From contig CM075978.1 of NCBI GenBank assembly GCA_038087875.1, forward strand, positions 100,378,001 to 100,442,000: a stretch of DNA of 64,000 nt, written 5' to 3'. This document shows positions 34,201 to 46,200 of this stretch, piece by piece (the first letter of the stretch is position 1; each line of letters starts with the position of its first letter). A program made the translations under genes and the position numbers. This DNA comes from Malacoraja senta. Lineage: Eukaryota. Below the pieces are notes generated by a model. That model saw only the letters and a list, made by a program, of their open reading frames with translations. It made no database searches and was not told where the DNA came from.

Positions 34201-37200
34201 AGGGGCACGACAAGACTCACATATGTCTTAAAGGCTAGACGTCTGGCTTACTTCTGGACAATAGACAATAGGTGCAGGAGTAGGCCATTTGGCCCTTCGA
34301 GCCAGCACCGCCATTCAATGTGATCATAGCTGATCATCCCCAATCAGTACCCCGGTCCTGCCTTCTCCCCATATCCCCTGACTCTGCTATTTTTAAGAGC
34401 CCTATTTAGCTCTCTCTTGAAAGCATCTAGAGAACCTGCCTCCACCGCCCTCTGAGGCAGAAAATTCCACAGACTCACCACTCTCTGTGAGAAAAAGTGT
34501 TTCCTCGTCTCCGTTCTAAATGGATTACTCCTTATTCTTAAACTGTGGCCCCTGGTTCTGGACTCCCCCAACATCGGGAACATGTTTCCTGCCTCTAGCG
34601 TGTCCAAGCCTTAACAATCTTATATGTTTCAATGAGATATCCTCTCATCCTTCTAAACTCCAAAGTGTACAAGCCCAGCTGCTCCATTCTCTCAGCATAT
34701 GACAGTCCCGCCATCCCGGGAATTAACCTTGTAAACCTACGCTGCACTCCCTCAATAGCAAGAATGTCCTTCCTCAAATGAGGGGACCAAAACTGCACAC
34801 AATACTCCAGGTGTGGTCTCACAACTGTACAACTGCAGAAGGACCTCTTTGCTCCTATATTCGATTCATCTTGTTATAAAGGCCAACATGCCATTCGCTT
34901 TCTTCACTCCCTGCTGTACCTGCATGCTTACTTTCATAGACTGATGTACAAGGACCCCCTGATCCCGTTGTACTTCCCTTTTTCCCAACTTGACGCCATT
35001 TACATAGTTATCTGCCTTTTTAGGGTGTTAAGACAAACTGCGTAGGCCTATGCTTCAGTGCAGTATTGTAGAAGCTGTCTTTTAGTTGGTGGATCCGTAA
35101 ACTTCTCAATTGAATGTAAAGGATTATCATTTAATTAATTCATGGACATATGCCTTTTAGTTCACTATCATTGGTTTAAATTCAGCCACTATCAAAAGGA
35201 TTAAAATTTGAGAGTCTGTGTTAATATTGGTCTTTCTAAAATTCTGCCATTAATTTGTCACTTACAGCAGGCATCTTTCGGGAGGATGCAGGAATTGATA
35301 TATATCCAATAATTCCTTTGAGGCTGATGGTGTGTCCATTTACTGGAGGAGGGCAGTGGCAGCAGTACTTGGTGGCGGGTGCTCTCTATTTTAGGGACAC
35401 AAGAGACTGCAGATGCTGGAATCTGATAAGGTAGCGTGGCGTCGAAGGAAGGTAATGGCTGGAGATCTGCAACAGCCTGGGACTTGCCTGGAACAGGCAC
35501 TGCTCATAAGAACTAGAGCGAGGACTTTTAAAATAGCACCACTAGATGGCGCCTCTTGCACGCGGGCCCAGTAGACTATTTCTGTACATTTGCTAATTAG
35601 GGATCGGCAACATTCTATTGGACTGATTGTATGAAAAATAATTTCACTGATTTAGCACATCGCAAATGTGACAATAAAAGCACTATTGAACCATTGTTTC
35701 CGCATATCACCTTCTGACCTACCAGATTCCAACATCTGTAGGATTCCAGCATCTTTTGTTTCCACATTAGCTTTCAGCCTCTATTCCCACCATCTGCTCC
35801 CTCACTTGGCTCATCTGCCCCCTCTTTCCTCTCTTCATCTGTTTCTATCTATTACTGCCTGCCCTGCCTCACACCTCCCCTTCACCTCTTTCTATTGGCT
35901 ATCTGCTCTCTATAATCACGACCCAAAACATCGACCAGAACGCTATTTTAGTTGCCTAGATGGAGACCTTGAGTGCTTGAATAAGATTGTTCAGATACAA
36001 GATCTAATAGAGAGGAGATATGTATTCCAATTGTCCCTATTGATCTAAGATATAGGAGCAGATTTAGGCCATTTGGCCCATCAAGTTTGTTTCAGCATTC
36101 GATCATGGCTGATCGATATTTCCCTCTCAACCTTGGACACCCTCACTAACCAACAACCTATCAATCCCCGATTTCAAAATACCCAAAGACATGGCCTCCA
36201 CTGCCATCCATGGCAACGGATTCCTCAGATGCACTCAGATATGGTGTTAGTGCAAGAAGATTAAGTTGTGAAGAATTTTCTTTGAAGAGTGCTTTGAATC
36301 TTTATATTTATCTGTCGGAGAACTGTGAAGCTAATTTGTTGAGTATATTTAAAGGAATTGAAAAGCCATAGAGGTTGAATAGTTTACGTTGAGAATGGTG
36401 CAACAATGGGCTACTCCCTTGACTTTCTTATGTTCTTACATTTGGAATCATTACTGAACATAGCCAACATTTGAAGAAATCCCCAATATGAGTACTGAAA
36501 TTAACTTTTCACCTGTAACTGTTGAATATACTGCGTTCAGGTCTTCAGTAGAGTTCCTAGGGAAATGATATAGAACACACTGTCAGTGAACTATTTATAT
36601 TTGTTGAATGTCTCTGAAGAACAACAACGGGACTGCATTGGTATTGGTTTATTGTTCTTATGTGTACCGAGGTACAGTGAAAAGTTTTATTTACATGCTA
36701 TCCAGTCAAATCGTACTATACAATCAAAGCAGATACAAGTACAACAGGTGGTGCAAAGATAAAAAAACTAGAGAAACAAATGTGGTGTTATAGCATTTTA
36801 GCTTTACGGCCAGAGAGAAAAAAGAAGTGGTGCCACAATGACACAGCGGTAGAGTTGCTGCCTTACAGTGTTAGAGACACAGATTCTATCCTGACTACGG
36901 CTGTTGTCCATACGAAGTTTGTACATTCTCCCCGTGACCTGCGTGGGTTTTCTCCGGGTGCTCCAATTTCCTCCCACTCTCCAAAGATGTACAGGTTTGC
37001 AGATTAATTGGCTTCGGTAAAAATTGTAAATTGGCCCCAGTGAATAGGATAATGTTAGTGATCACTGGGTTCAGTGGGCTGAAGGGCCTATTCCCACACT
37101 ATATCGCTAAAGTCTAAAGCAAGGTCTGCAATTTTGGCGGTCTGTTCAATAAACATATAAAATAGTCTTATTTTCTAAATGGGGAGAGAATTCAGAAATC

Positions 37201-40200
37201 AGAGGTGCAAAGGGACTTGGGAGTGCTGGTGCAGGATTCACAAAAGATTAATTTGCAAGTCGAATCAGTAGTAAGGAAGGTGAATGCAAAGCTAGCATTT
37301 ATTTTGAGGGCTACAATACAAAATACGTTGTAATGCTGAGGCTTTACAAGGCACTACTCAGACCGTGTTTGGCGTATTATGAGCAGTTTGGGCCCTATAT
37401 CTGAAGAAGGATGTGCTGGCATTGGGACCCAGCCTCTCCAGTCCCTCTACATAACTGAAGTTTTAGTTTAATTTAGTTTAAGATACAGCGTGGAAACAGG
37501 CCCTGTGACCCACCGTGTCTGTGCCGACCAGCGATTCCCGCACAATAACACTATCGTACACATTAAGACGTGTCTCAACGTGTCCAAGATATCCTGAAAG
37601 GGCAGGGAGAGGAGCCCGAGGTCGTGATACATATAGGTACCAATGACATAGGTAAAAAAAGAGAAGAGGTCCTGAAAGGAGAATTTAGGGAGTTAGGAGG
37701 GGAGTTAAAGAGAAGGACAGCAAAGGTAACAATCTCGGGATTACTGCCTGTGCCACGCGACAGTGAGAGTAGGAATGGAGCGAGGTGGAGGATAAATGCG
37801 TGGCTGAAGGACTGGTGCAGAAGGCAGGGATTCAAATTTCTGGATCATTGGGACCTCTTTTGTGGAAGGTTCGACCTGTACAAAAAGGATGGGTTGCACT
37901 TGAACCTGAGGGGGACCGATATCCTGGCGGGGAGATCTGCAAAGGCTACTGGGGAGACTTTAAACTAGAATGGTTGGGGGGAGGGACTCAAATAGAGAAT
38001 GCTATTAGACAGTGTGTGAGGCAGGAGGCAGAGAAGGAAAGCACTCAGACCCAACATGTAGGGGGGAAAGAAGAAAACAATAATAAACAGAGAATAAGAG
38101 GTGGTGGGGTTCTTAAATGGGTGAGCAGAGAAACAGTGGGGTGTAAAATGCGGGCGGAAGCAATAGGTAGCAAGGTGAAAAGTAAAAGTGGCAGGCAGAC
38201 AAATCCAGGGCAAAAATCAAATAGAGCCACTTTTCAAAATAATTGTATAAGGGGTAAGAGCGTTGTAAAAACAAGCCTGAAGGCTTTGTGTCTCAATGCA
38301 AGGAGCATTCGTAATAAGGTGGATGAGTTGAACGTGCAGATAGCAATTAATGATTATGATATAGTTGGGATCACGGAGACATGGCTCCAGGGTGACCAAG
38401 GCTGGGAGCTGAACATCCAGGGATATTCAATATTCAGGGATAGAGAGAAAGGAAAAGGAGGTGGGGTAGCGTTGCTGGTTAGAGAGGAGATTAACGCAGT
38501 GGAAAGGAAGGACATTAGCTTGGAGGATGTGGAATCGGTATGGGTAGAGCTGCGAAACACTAAGGGGCAGAAAACGCTGGTGGGTGTTGTGTACAGGCCA
38601 CCTAGCAGTAGTAGTGAAGTTGGGGATGGCATCAAACAGGAAATTAGAAATGCGTGCAACAAAGGCAAAACAGTTATAATGGGTGACTTCAATCTACATA
38701 TAGATTGGGTGAATCAAATTGGCAGGGGTGCTGAGGAAGAGGATTTCTTGGAATGTATGAGGGATAGTTATCTAAACCAACATGTAGAGGAACCAACGAG
38801 AGAGCAGGCTATTCTAGACTGGGTATTGAGTAATGAGGAAGGGTTAGTTAGCAGTCTTGTTGTGCGTGCCCCCTTGGGCAAGAGTGACCATAATATGGTT
38901 GAGTTCTTCATTAGGATGGAGAGTGACATTGTTAATTCAGAAACAACGGTTCTGAAGTTAAAGAAAGGTAACTTTGAGGGTATGAGACGTGAATTGGCCA
39001 AGATTGACGGGCAATTAGTTCTAAAAGGGTTGACGGTGGATATGCAATGGAAGGCATTTAAAGACTGCATGGATGAACTACAAAAATTGTTCATCCCAGT
39101 TTGGCAAAAGAATAAATCAGGGAAGGTAGTGCATCCGTGGATAACAAGGGAAATCAGGGATAGTATCAAAGCAAAAGATGATGCGTACAAATTAGCCAGA
39201 AAAAGCAGCATACCAGAGGACTGGGAGAAATTCAGAGACCAGCAGAGGAGGACAAAGGGCTTAATTAGGAAAGGGAAAATAGATTATGAAAGGAAACTGG
39301 CAGGGAACATAAAAACTGACTGCAAACGTTTTTATAGATATGTGAAGAGAAAGAGATTAGTTAAAACAAATGTAGGTCCCTTGCAGTCAGAAACAGGTGA
39401 ATTGATCATGGGGAACAAGGATATGGCGGACCAATTGAATAACTACTTTGGTTCCGTCTTCACTAAGGAAGACATAAATAATCTGCCGGAAATAGCAGGG
39501 GGCCGCGGGTCAAAGGAGATGGAGGAACTGAGTGAAATCCAGGTTAGTCGGGAAGTGGTGTTGGGTAAATTGAATGGATTAAAGGCCGATAAATCACCAG
39601 GGCCAGATAGGCTGCATCCCAGAGTACTTAAGGAAGTAGCTCCAGAAATAGTGGATGCATTAGTGATAATTTTTCAAAACTCTTTAGATTCTGGAGTAGT
39701 TCCTGAGGATTGGAGGGTAGCAAACGTAACCCCACTTTTTAAGAAGGGAGGGAGAGAGAAAATGGGGAATTACAGACCAGTTAGTCTAACATCGGTAGTG
39801 GGGAAACTGCTAGAGTCACTTATTATAGATGGGATAGCAGCACATTTGGAAAGTGGTGAAATCATTGGACAAAGTCAGCATGGATTTACGAAAGGTAAAT
39901 CGTGTCTGACGAATCTTATAGAATTTTTCGAGGATGTAACTAGTAGAGTGGATAGGGGAGAACCAGTGGATGTGTTGCATCTGGACTTTCAGAAGGCTTT
40001 CGACAAGGTACCACATAAGAGATTAGGATACAAACTTAAATCACACGGTATTGGGGGTTCAGTATTGATGTGGATAGAGAACTGGCTGGCAAACAGGAAG
40101 CAAAGAGTAGGAGTAAACGGGTCCTTTTCACAATGGCAGGCAGTGACTAGTGGGGTACCGCAAGGCTCAGTGCTGGGACCCCAGCTATTTACAATTTATA

Positions 40201-43200
40201 TTAATGATCTGGACGAGGGAATTGAAAGCAACATCTCCAAGTTTGCGGATGACACTAAGCTGGGGGGGCAGTGTTAGCTGTGAGGAGGATGCTAGGAGAC
40301 TGCAAGGTGACTTGGATAGGCTGGGTGAGTGGGCAAATGTTTGGCAGATGCAGTATAATGTGGATAAATGTGAGGTTATCCACTTTGGTGGCAAAAACGG
40401 GAAGGCAGACTATTATCTAAATGGTGGCCGATTAGGAAATGGGGAGATGCAGCGAGACCTGGGTGTCATGGTACACCAGTCATTGAAAGTAGGCATGCAG
40501 GTGCAGCAGGCAGTGAAGAAAGCGAATGGTATGTTGGCCTTCATAGCAAGAGGATTTGAGTATAGGAGCAGGGAGGTTCTACTGCAGTTGTGCAGGGTCT
40601 TGGTGAGACCACACCTGGAGTATTGCGTACAGTTTTGGTCTCCAAATCTGAGGAAGGACATTATAGCGATAGAGGGAGTGCAAAGAAAGTTCACCAGACT
40701 GATTCCTGGGATGTCAGGACTTTCATATGAAGAAAGACTGGATAGACTTGGCTTATACTCGCTAGAATTTAGGAGATTGAGAGGGGATCTTATAGAAACT
40801 TACAAAATTCTTATGGGGTTGGACAGGCTAGATGCAGGAAGATTGTTCCCGATGTTGGGGAAGTCCAGGACAAGGGGTCACAGCTTAAGGATAAGGGGGA
40901 AATCCTTTAAGACCGAGATGAGGAAAAACTTTTTCACACAGAGAGTGGTGAATCTCTGGAACTCTCTGTCATAGAGGGTAGTTGAGGCCAGTTCATTGGC
41001 TATATTTAAGAGGGAGTTAGATGTGGCCCTTGTGGCTAAAGGGATCAGGGGGTATGGAGAGAAGGCAGGTACGGGATACTGAGTTGGATGATCAACCATG
41101 ATCATATTGAATGGCGGTGCAGGCTCGAAGGGCCGAATGGCCTACTCCTGCACCTATTTTCTATGTATCTATGTCAGACAATTTACCATTTTACCTACAA
41201 TTGGGCTGCAAACCTGTACTTCTTTGGAATGTATGAGGAAACGAGCAAACCCATGCAGGTCACAGGGAGAACAGACAAACTCTGAACAGACAAACTCTGA
41301 ACAGATAGCACCCATAGTCAAAATCGAACCCGGGTCTCTGGCGCTGTAAGGCAGCAACCCCACCTTTGCACCCGTGCCTGAACTGTTCCATCCCACGAAA
41401 CTTCCATGTTCTTCGACTCTTTCTTCCGGTCTTTGCTGGATTCAACGCCTGTGCCCAACATGCTTAATTCAATATCATATTAAAGCAAGATGTGAAAATA
41501 CATTTTACTCACCCTTCGGGTTTAAATATGTGTTGGAAGCACACCCATTTTTTCATATAGCACACTGCTATTGCTAAGATGATGAATAAGAGGACACAGG
41601 CTCCAATAACGCCCAAGATTTTCAAATACAACTTTTCATATGGTTCTGAAAAATATCAAAGGTTTATATAGAGTTTAGATTCAACCTGTGTTTATTTCAT
41701 TCATTTTAAGCAAACACACAGGCTCTGAACCTGCAAGGGCAGCAGCGCTGAAGATACCCCATCATAGCATTCTCTAAAACCCAGATTGCGATAAAAACAG
41801 AAAAAGGTGAACACACTCAGCAGATCAGGCTGCGTCTGTGGGGAGAGATGCAATCTACGCTGCAAGTTGAAAATCCTTCATCTGAACTGAGCAAGCGAGT
41901 TGGTCTGAGAGACCAGGTTGGTCTAAGTAGCCAGGAACCTGGGGGAGGGCAGGGGGTGGAACAAAGTGAATGTCTGTAATAAAACATAGAACAGTGTAGC
42001 AGTGTAGCACAGGAACAGGCTGCATCTGTGCCGAACATGTGTTTATTTATGTTATTTATGTGTATATTGAACTGAACTGTTCTGTATTTTTGGTTACAAT
42101 ATTCTGTTGTGCTGCAGCAAGCAAGAATTGGGACACATGACAATAAACTCTCTTGACTTGAACATGATGACAAGTTAAACTAATCTCCTCTGCCTGGAAT
42201 GTTCTGGAGTAACTCAGCGGGTAAGGCAGCGTTCCTGGAGAATATGGATGGACGACATTTCGGGTCTGGATTTTCCTCAGACTGATTGTGTGTGGGGGGG
42301 GGGGGAGGGGAGGATAGAAAGCTAGAAGAGAGGAAGGGCAGGGCAAAGCATGACAGATAATAGGTAATACAGGTGAGGGGGTTTGACAGGAAGATGGTTG
42401 GACAAAGGCCAGAGATGAAAAAACAGGTAATTGTCATCTAGTCATAGAGTGATCAGTGTGGAAACAGGCCCTTCAGCCCAACTAGCCCACATCGGCCAAC
42501 AATGTCCCAGCTACACTAGTCCCGCTTGCCTGCGCTTGGTCCATATCCCTACAAACCTGTCCTATCCATGTACCTGTCTATTTGTTTCTTAAAAAGTTAT
42601 CCCTCGGATTTCTATTTAATCTTTTCCCCTTCACCTTGAACCTATGACCTCTGGTCCACAATTCCCCTACTCTGGGCAAGAGACTCTGTGCATCTACCCA
42701 ATCTATTCCTCCAATGATTTTGTATACCTCTATAAGATCTCCCCTCATCCTCCTGCGCTCCATGGAATAGAGACCCAGCCTACTCAACCTCTCCCTATAG
42801 CTCACACCCTCTAGTCCTGGCAACATCCTTGTAAATATTTTCTGAACCCTTTCAAGCTTGACAATATATTTCCATTAATATGGTGCCCAGAACTGAACAC
42901 AATATTCTAAATGCGGTCTCACCAACATCTTATACAACTGCAACATGACCTCCCAACCTCTACACTCAATACTTTGACTGATGAAGGACAAAGTGCCAAA
43001 AGCCTTTTGGACCACCTTGTTTACCTGCGACTCGACCTTCAAGGAACCATACACCAGCACTGCTAGATCCCTCCATTCTACACTACCCAGAGACCTACCA
43101 TTAACTGTGTAGGTCCATGTACACAACATCTACAGCTCTGCCCACATCAACCTTTTAGGTCACGTCTTCAAAAAAAATCAATCAGATTTGTGAGACACGA

Positions 43201-46200
43201 CCTCCCACGTATAAAACCATGCTGACTATCCCTTATCTGCCCAAGCCCATCCAAATGCCTGTATATTCTATCCCACAGAATACTCTCCAGTAACTTACCA
43301 ATTACAGATGTTAAGCTCACCGGCCTATTGATCCCAGCATTTTCCTGCAGCCCTTCTTCAACAGAGGCACAACATTTGCCACCTTCCCGTCATCAGGCAC
43401 CTCTCCTGCACTCGTAAATTTCAACCAGGGCTCCCGCAATTTCCTCTCCAGTTTCCCGTAATGTCTTCAAGTCAATTCAAGTCAATTTTATTTCTATAGC
43501 ACATTTTAAAAAACTCTCGTTGACCAAAGTGCTTTACATCAGTGCAGGTACAAACGTGCTACAAACAGAGGTACATAGATCTAACAATACATACATAAAT
43601 ACATACATCCCGCCAGAGGACCTCAAGAAACGCGTGCGAATAGAAATATGTTTTAAGTTTAGACTTAAAAGAGTTGAAGGAGGGGGCAGTTTTGATCGGA
43701 AGAGGGGTGCTGTTCCATAGTCTAGGTGCTGCCACTGCAAAAGCGGATATATCTGATCAGGCCCTGGGGATTTGTCTACCTTCAAACACGACAGTGCCTG
43801 CAGTACTTCTTCGACGGTAACCCTGTCTGCTCTCAAGACACCTCCAGTGACTGGTCCAATTTCCTCCGTCCTACTGACTTTCCCCTCAGTAAATACAGAG
43901 GAGAAATACTAATTTAGGACCTTGCCCATCTCCTGTGGCTGCACAGAGGTGACCGCTTTGATTCCTGAGAGGTCCCACTCTCTCTCTAGTTACCCTTTTC
44001 CCCCTTATGTATTTATAAAGTTTTTTGGGATTGTCCTTAATGCAGAGCTGCCAAGTTCTGTCAGAGCATTTCAGTATTCTAGTACCTGAAAATCAGTATT
44101 TTGCTGAAAAATCAGTATTTTTATGCGGTGCCGCTTTGCTGAAAAAAATGCTCTTTTTTATGTGGAGCCATACCCATGTAAGAGTACAAGAATGCATAAC
44201 TTTGCTACCAATTGACATGTCTTCCACACCTTACTAAACAGTGCATTCATTGCCATCTCTTTGTATGCTGCTGTTTGAACGGCTGCTTCCTGCTTTTAGC
44301 ACCAGATGATGATGTAGAATCCATTTTGGAAGTCTCCCTCTCCCTCCCTCGCTCCNNNNNNNNNNNNNNNNNNNNNNNNNNNNNNNNNNNNNNNNNNNNN
44401 NNNNNNNNNNNNNNNNNNNNNNNNNNNNNNNNNNNNNNNNNNNNNNNNNNNNNNNNNNNNNNNNNNNNNNNNNNNNNNNNNNNNNNNNNNNTCCCCTCTC
44501 ATTCCCTCCCTCCCTCTCTCCCTCCTCTCTGCATCCTCTACCTCTCTTCACCCCTCCCTCTCTCCCTCTCTCCACCCCTCCCTCTCTCCCCTTGAGCCCA
44601 CCCACCGTTCTGTAAAATCAAGGCCAATCCCCAATGTAACTGCAATCCCACTGGTAACCTTTCACCACTAGGCTTATCCAGAATTCTACCACTGCCTGAT
44701 AAATAATCAAAGGTTCAAAGAGAATTCCAAAGACTCATTGTTATACGAGAATTTTCCTGAACAGTCTGTGATCCATAGCGCTGTGGCCATAGCGCGATGT
44801 GTAAAGCCCATAGCGCTATCTTTAAAGCCCATAGCTTCAATCTTGTTTTTAACTAATGTCTCAATTTCCCTCGTCAGCTAAGCTTCCTTACGTTTGCCTG
44901 CTTTGCCTGTCACTCCACTTGGCCGATGTTCCTTTTCCCTCAAATAACCTACTCCCATCAATTTCAGCGAGACTTTCTCTCATACCCTCAAAGTTGGCCT
45001 TACCCCAGATGAGAATTTTAACACATGGACCCTCTCCGTCCTTATCCATAACTATCTTAATCATAATCAAACTCTGGTCCAAAAGGCTCCTCCACACGCA
45101 CTTCATTAAATTGCCCTTCCCAATTTCCCAATGCTAGATCCAGCGTTTCCCTCTCATGTCTGGGGGCCTCCACATACTGCTTAAGAAAACTCTGCTGAAC
45201 ACTTTTGATGAATTGCACCCCGTCTAAACCCTTCACGCTATGATTTTCCCAGTCTATATCGGGAAAGTTAAAATCCCCTACTACAACAACCTTATTTGAC
45301 CTGCAGCTGTCTGCAATCTCCTGGCACATTTGTTCTTCTAATTCCCATTGACTATTTGGGGGTCTGTAGCACACCCCCAACAAGGTGACCATCCCTTTCT
45401 TGTTCCTCAGCTCCACCTATATAGCCTCACTAGACGAACCGTCCGTAATGTCACCTCCGAACACAGCCGTGACATCCTCCTTAACCAACAATGCAACCTC
45501 CGTCCTCTTTTTGCCTCAGCCCTGTCTCTCCTGAAGCTCCTGTACCCCAGAACATTGAGCTGCCAGTCCTGCCCCTCCATTAACCAGGTTTCAGTCATGG
45601 CTACAACGTCCCAGTCACTCATATCCATGCCCATGTGAGACAAAATTATTGATGTTATGAAGCCAGGGGAAGGAATGTAGGTGGAGGGGGAGGGGAGAAA
45701 TATGTGCGAGCAGGTGGGGCACAGAGGAGGGGAGAGGGAAGGGGGGCAGGAATAAAGGGGGATGTGAGGGTGAAAGGGAGCAGAAAGTGCTTCATTAGAT
45801 CATAAAACAGTCTAGTCAGGAAGTACAGAACCGGCCCTTTGCAAAATTAAACTAATCTTCTCTACCTACATGTGAAAAATATCCTTCAATATACTGCATT
45901 TTTATGGGTGCCACTAAAAGCCTCTAAAGTCTCTTAAACACCACTATTATATTTGCCTCCACCATTATCCCTGGCAGCCCATCACCCACCATGCACCCTC
46001 TCCAAACCCCCCATATCCTACCAACAATGGGGCAACCAGAACTCACACAGAACTCCAAATACAGCCAAAATAATGTTTTATAAAGATGCAGCATGACATC
46101 CTGACTTTTACACTCAATGCCGCTACCAATCAAGGAACATTAACAGCTACTAGAAGGTGTAGTGGTGTAACAGCAAAGAGGGTGGGGATGAGCGAGTCCA

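Noticed and set aside
37785-40277. 830-aa ORF as a host gene
   Set aside because: It is CR1 ORF2 (APE endonuclease plus RT).
44190-44340. Extra exon between V4 and TM
   Set aside because: There is no phase-1/phase-1 open exon with credible splice sites.
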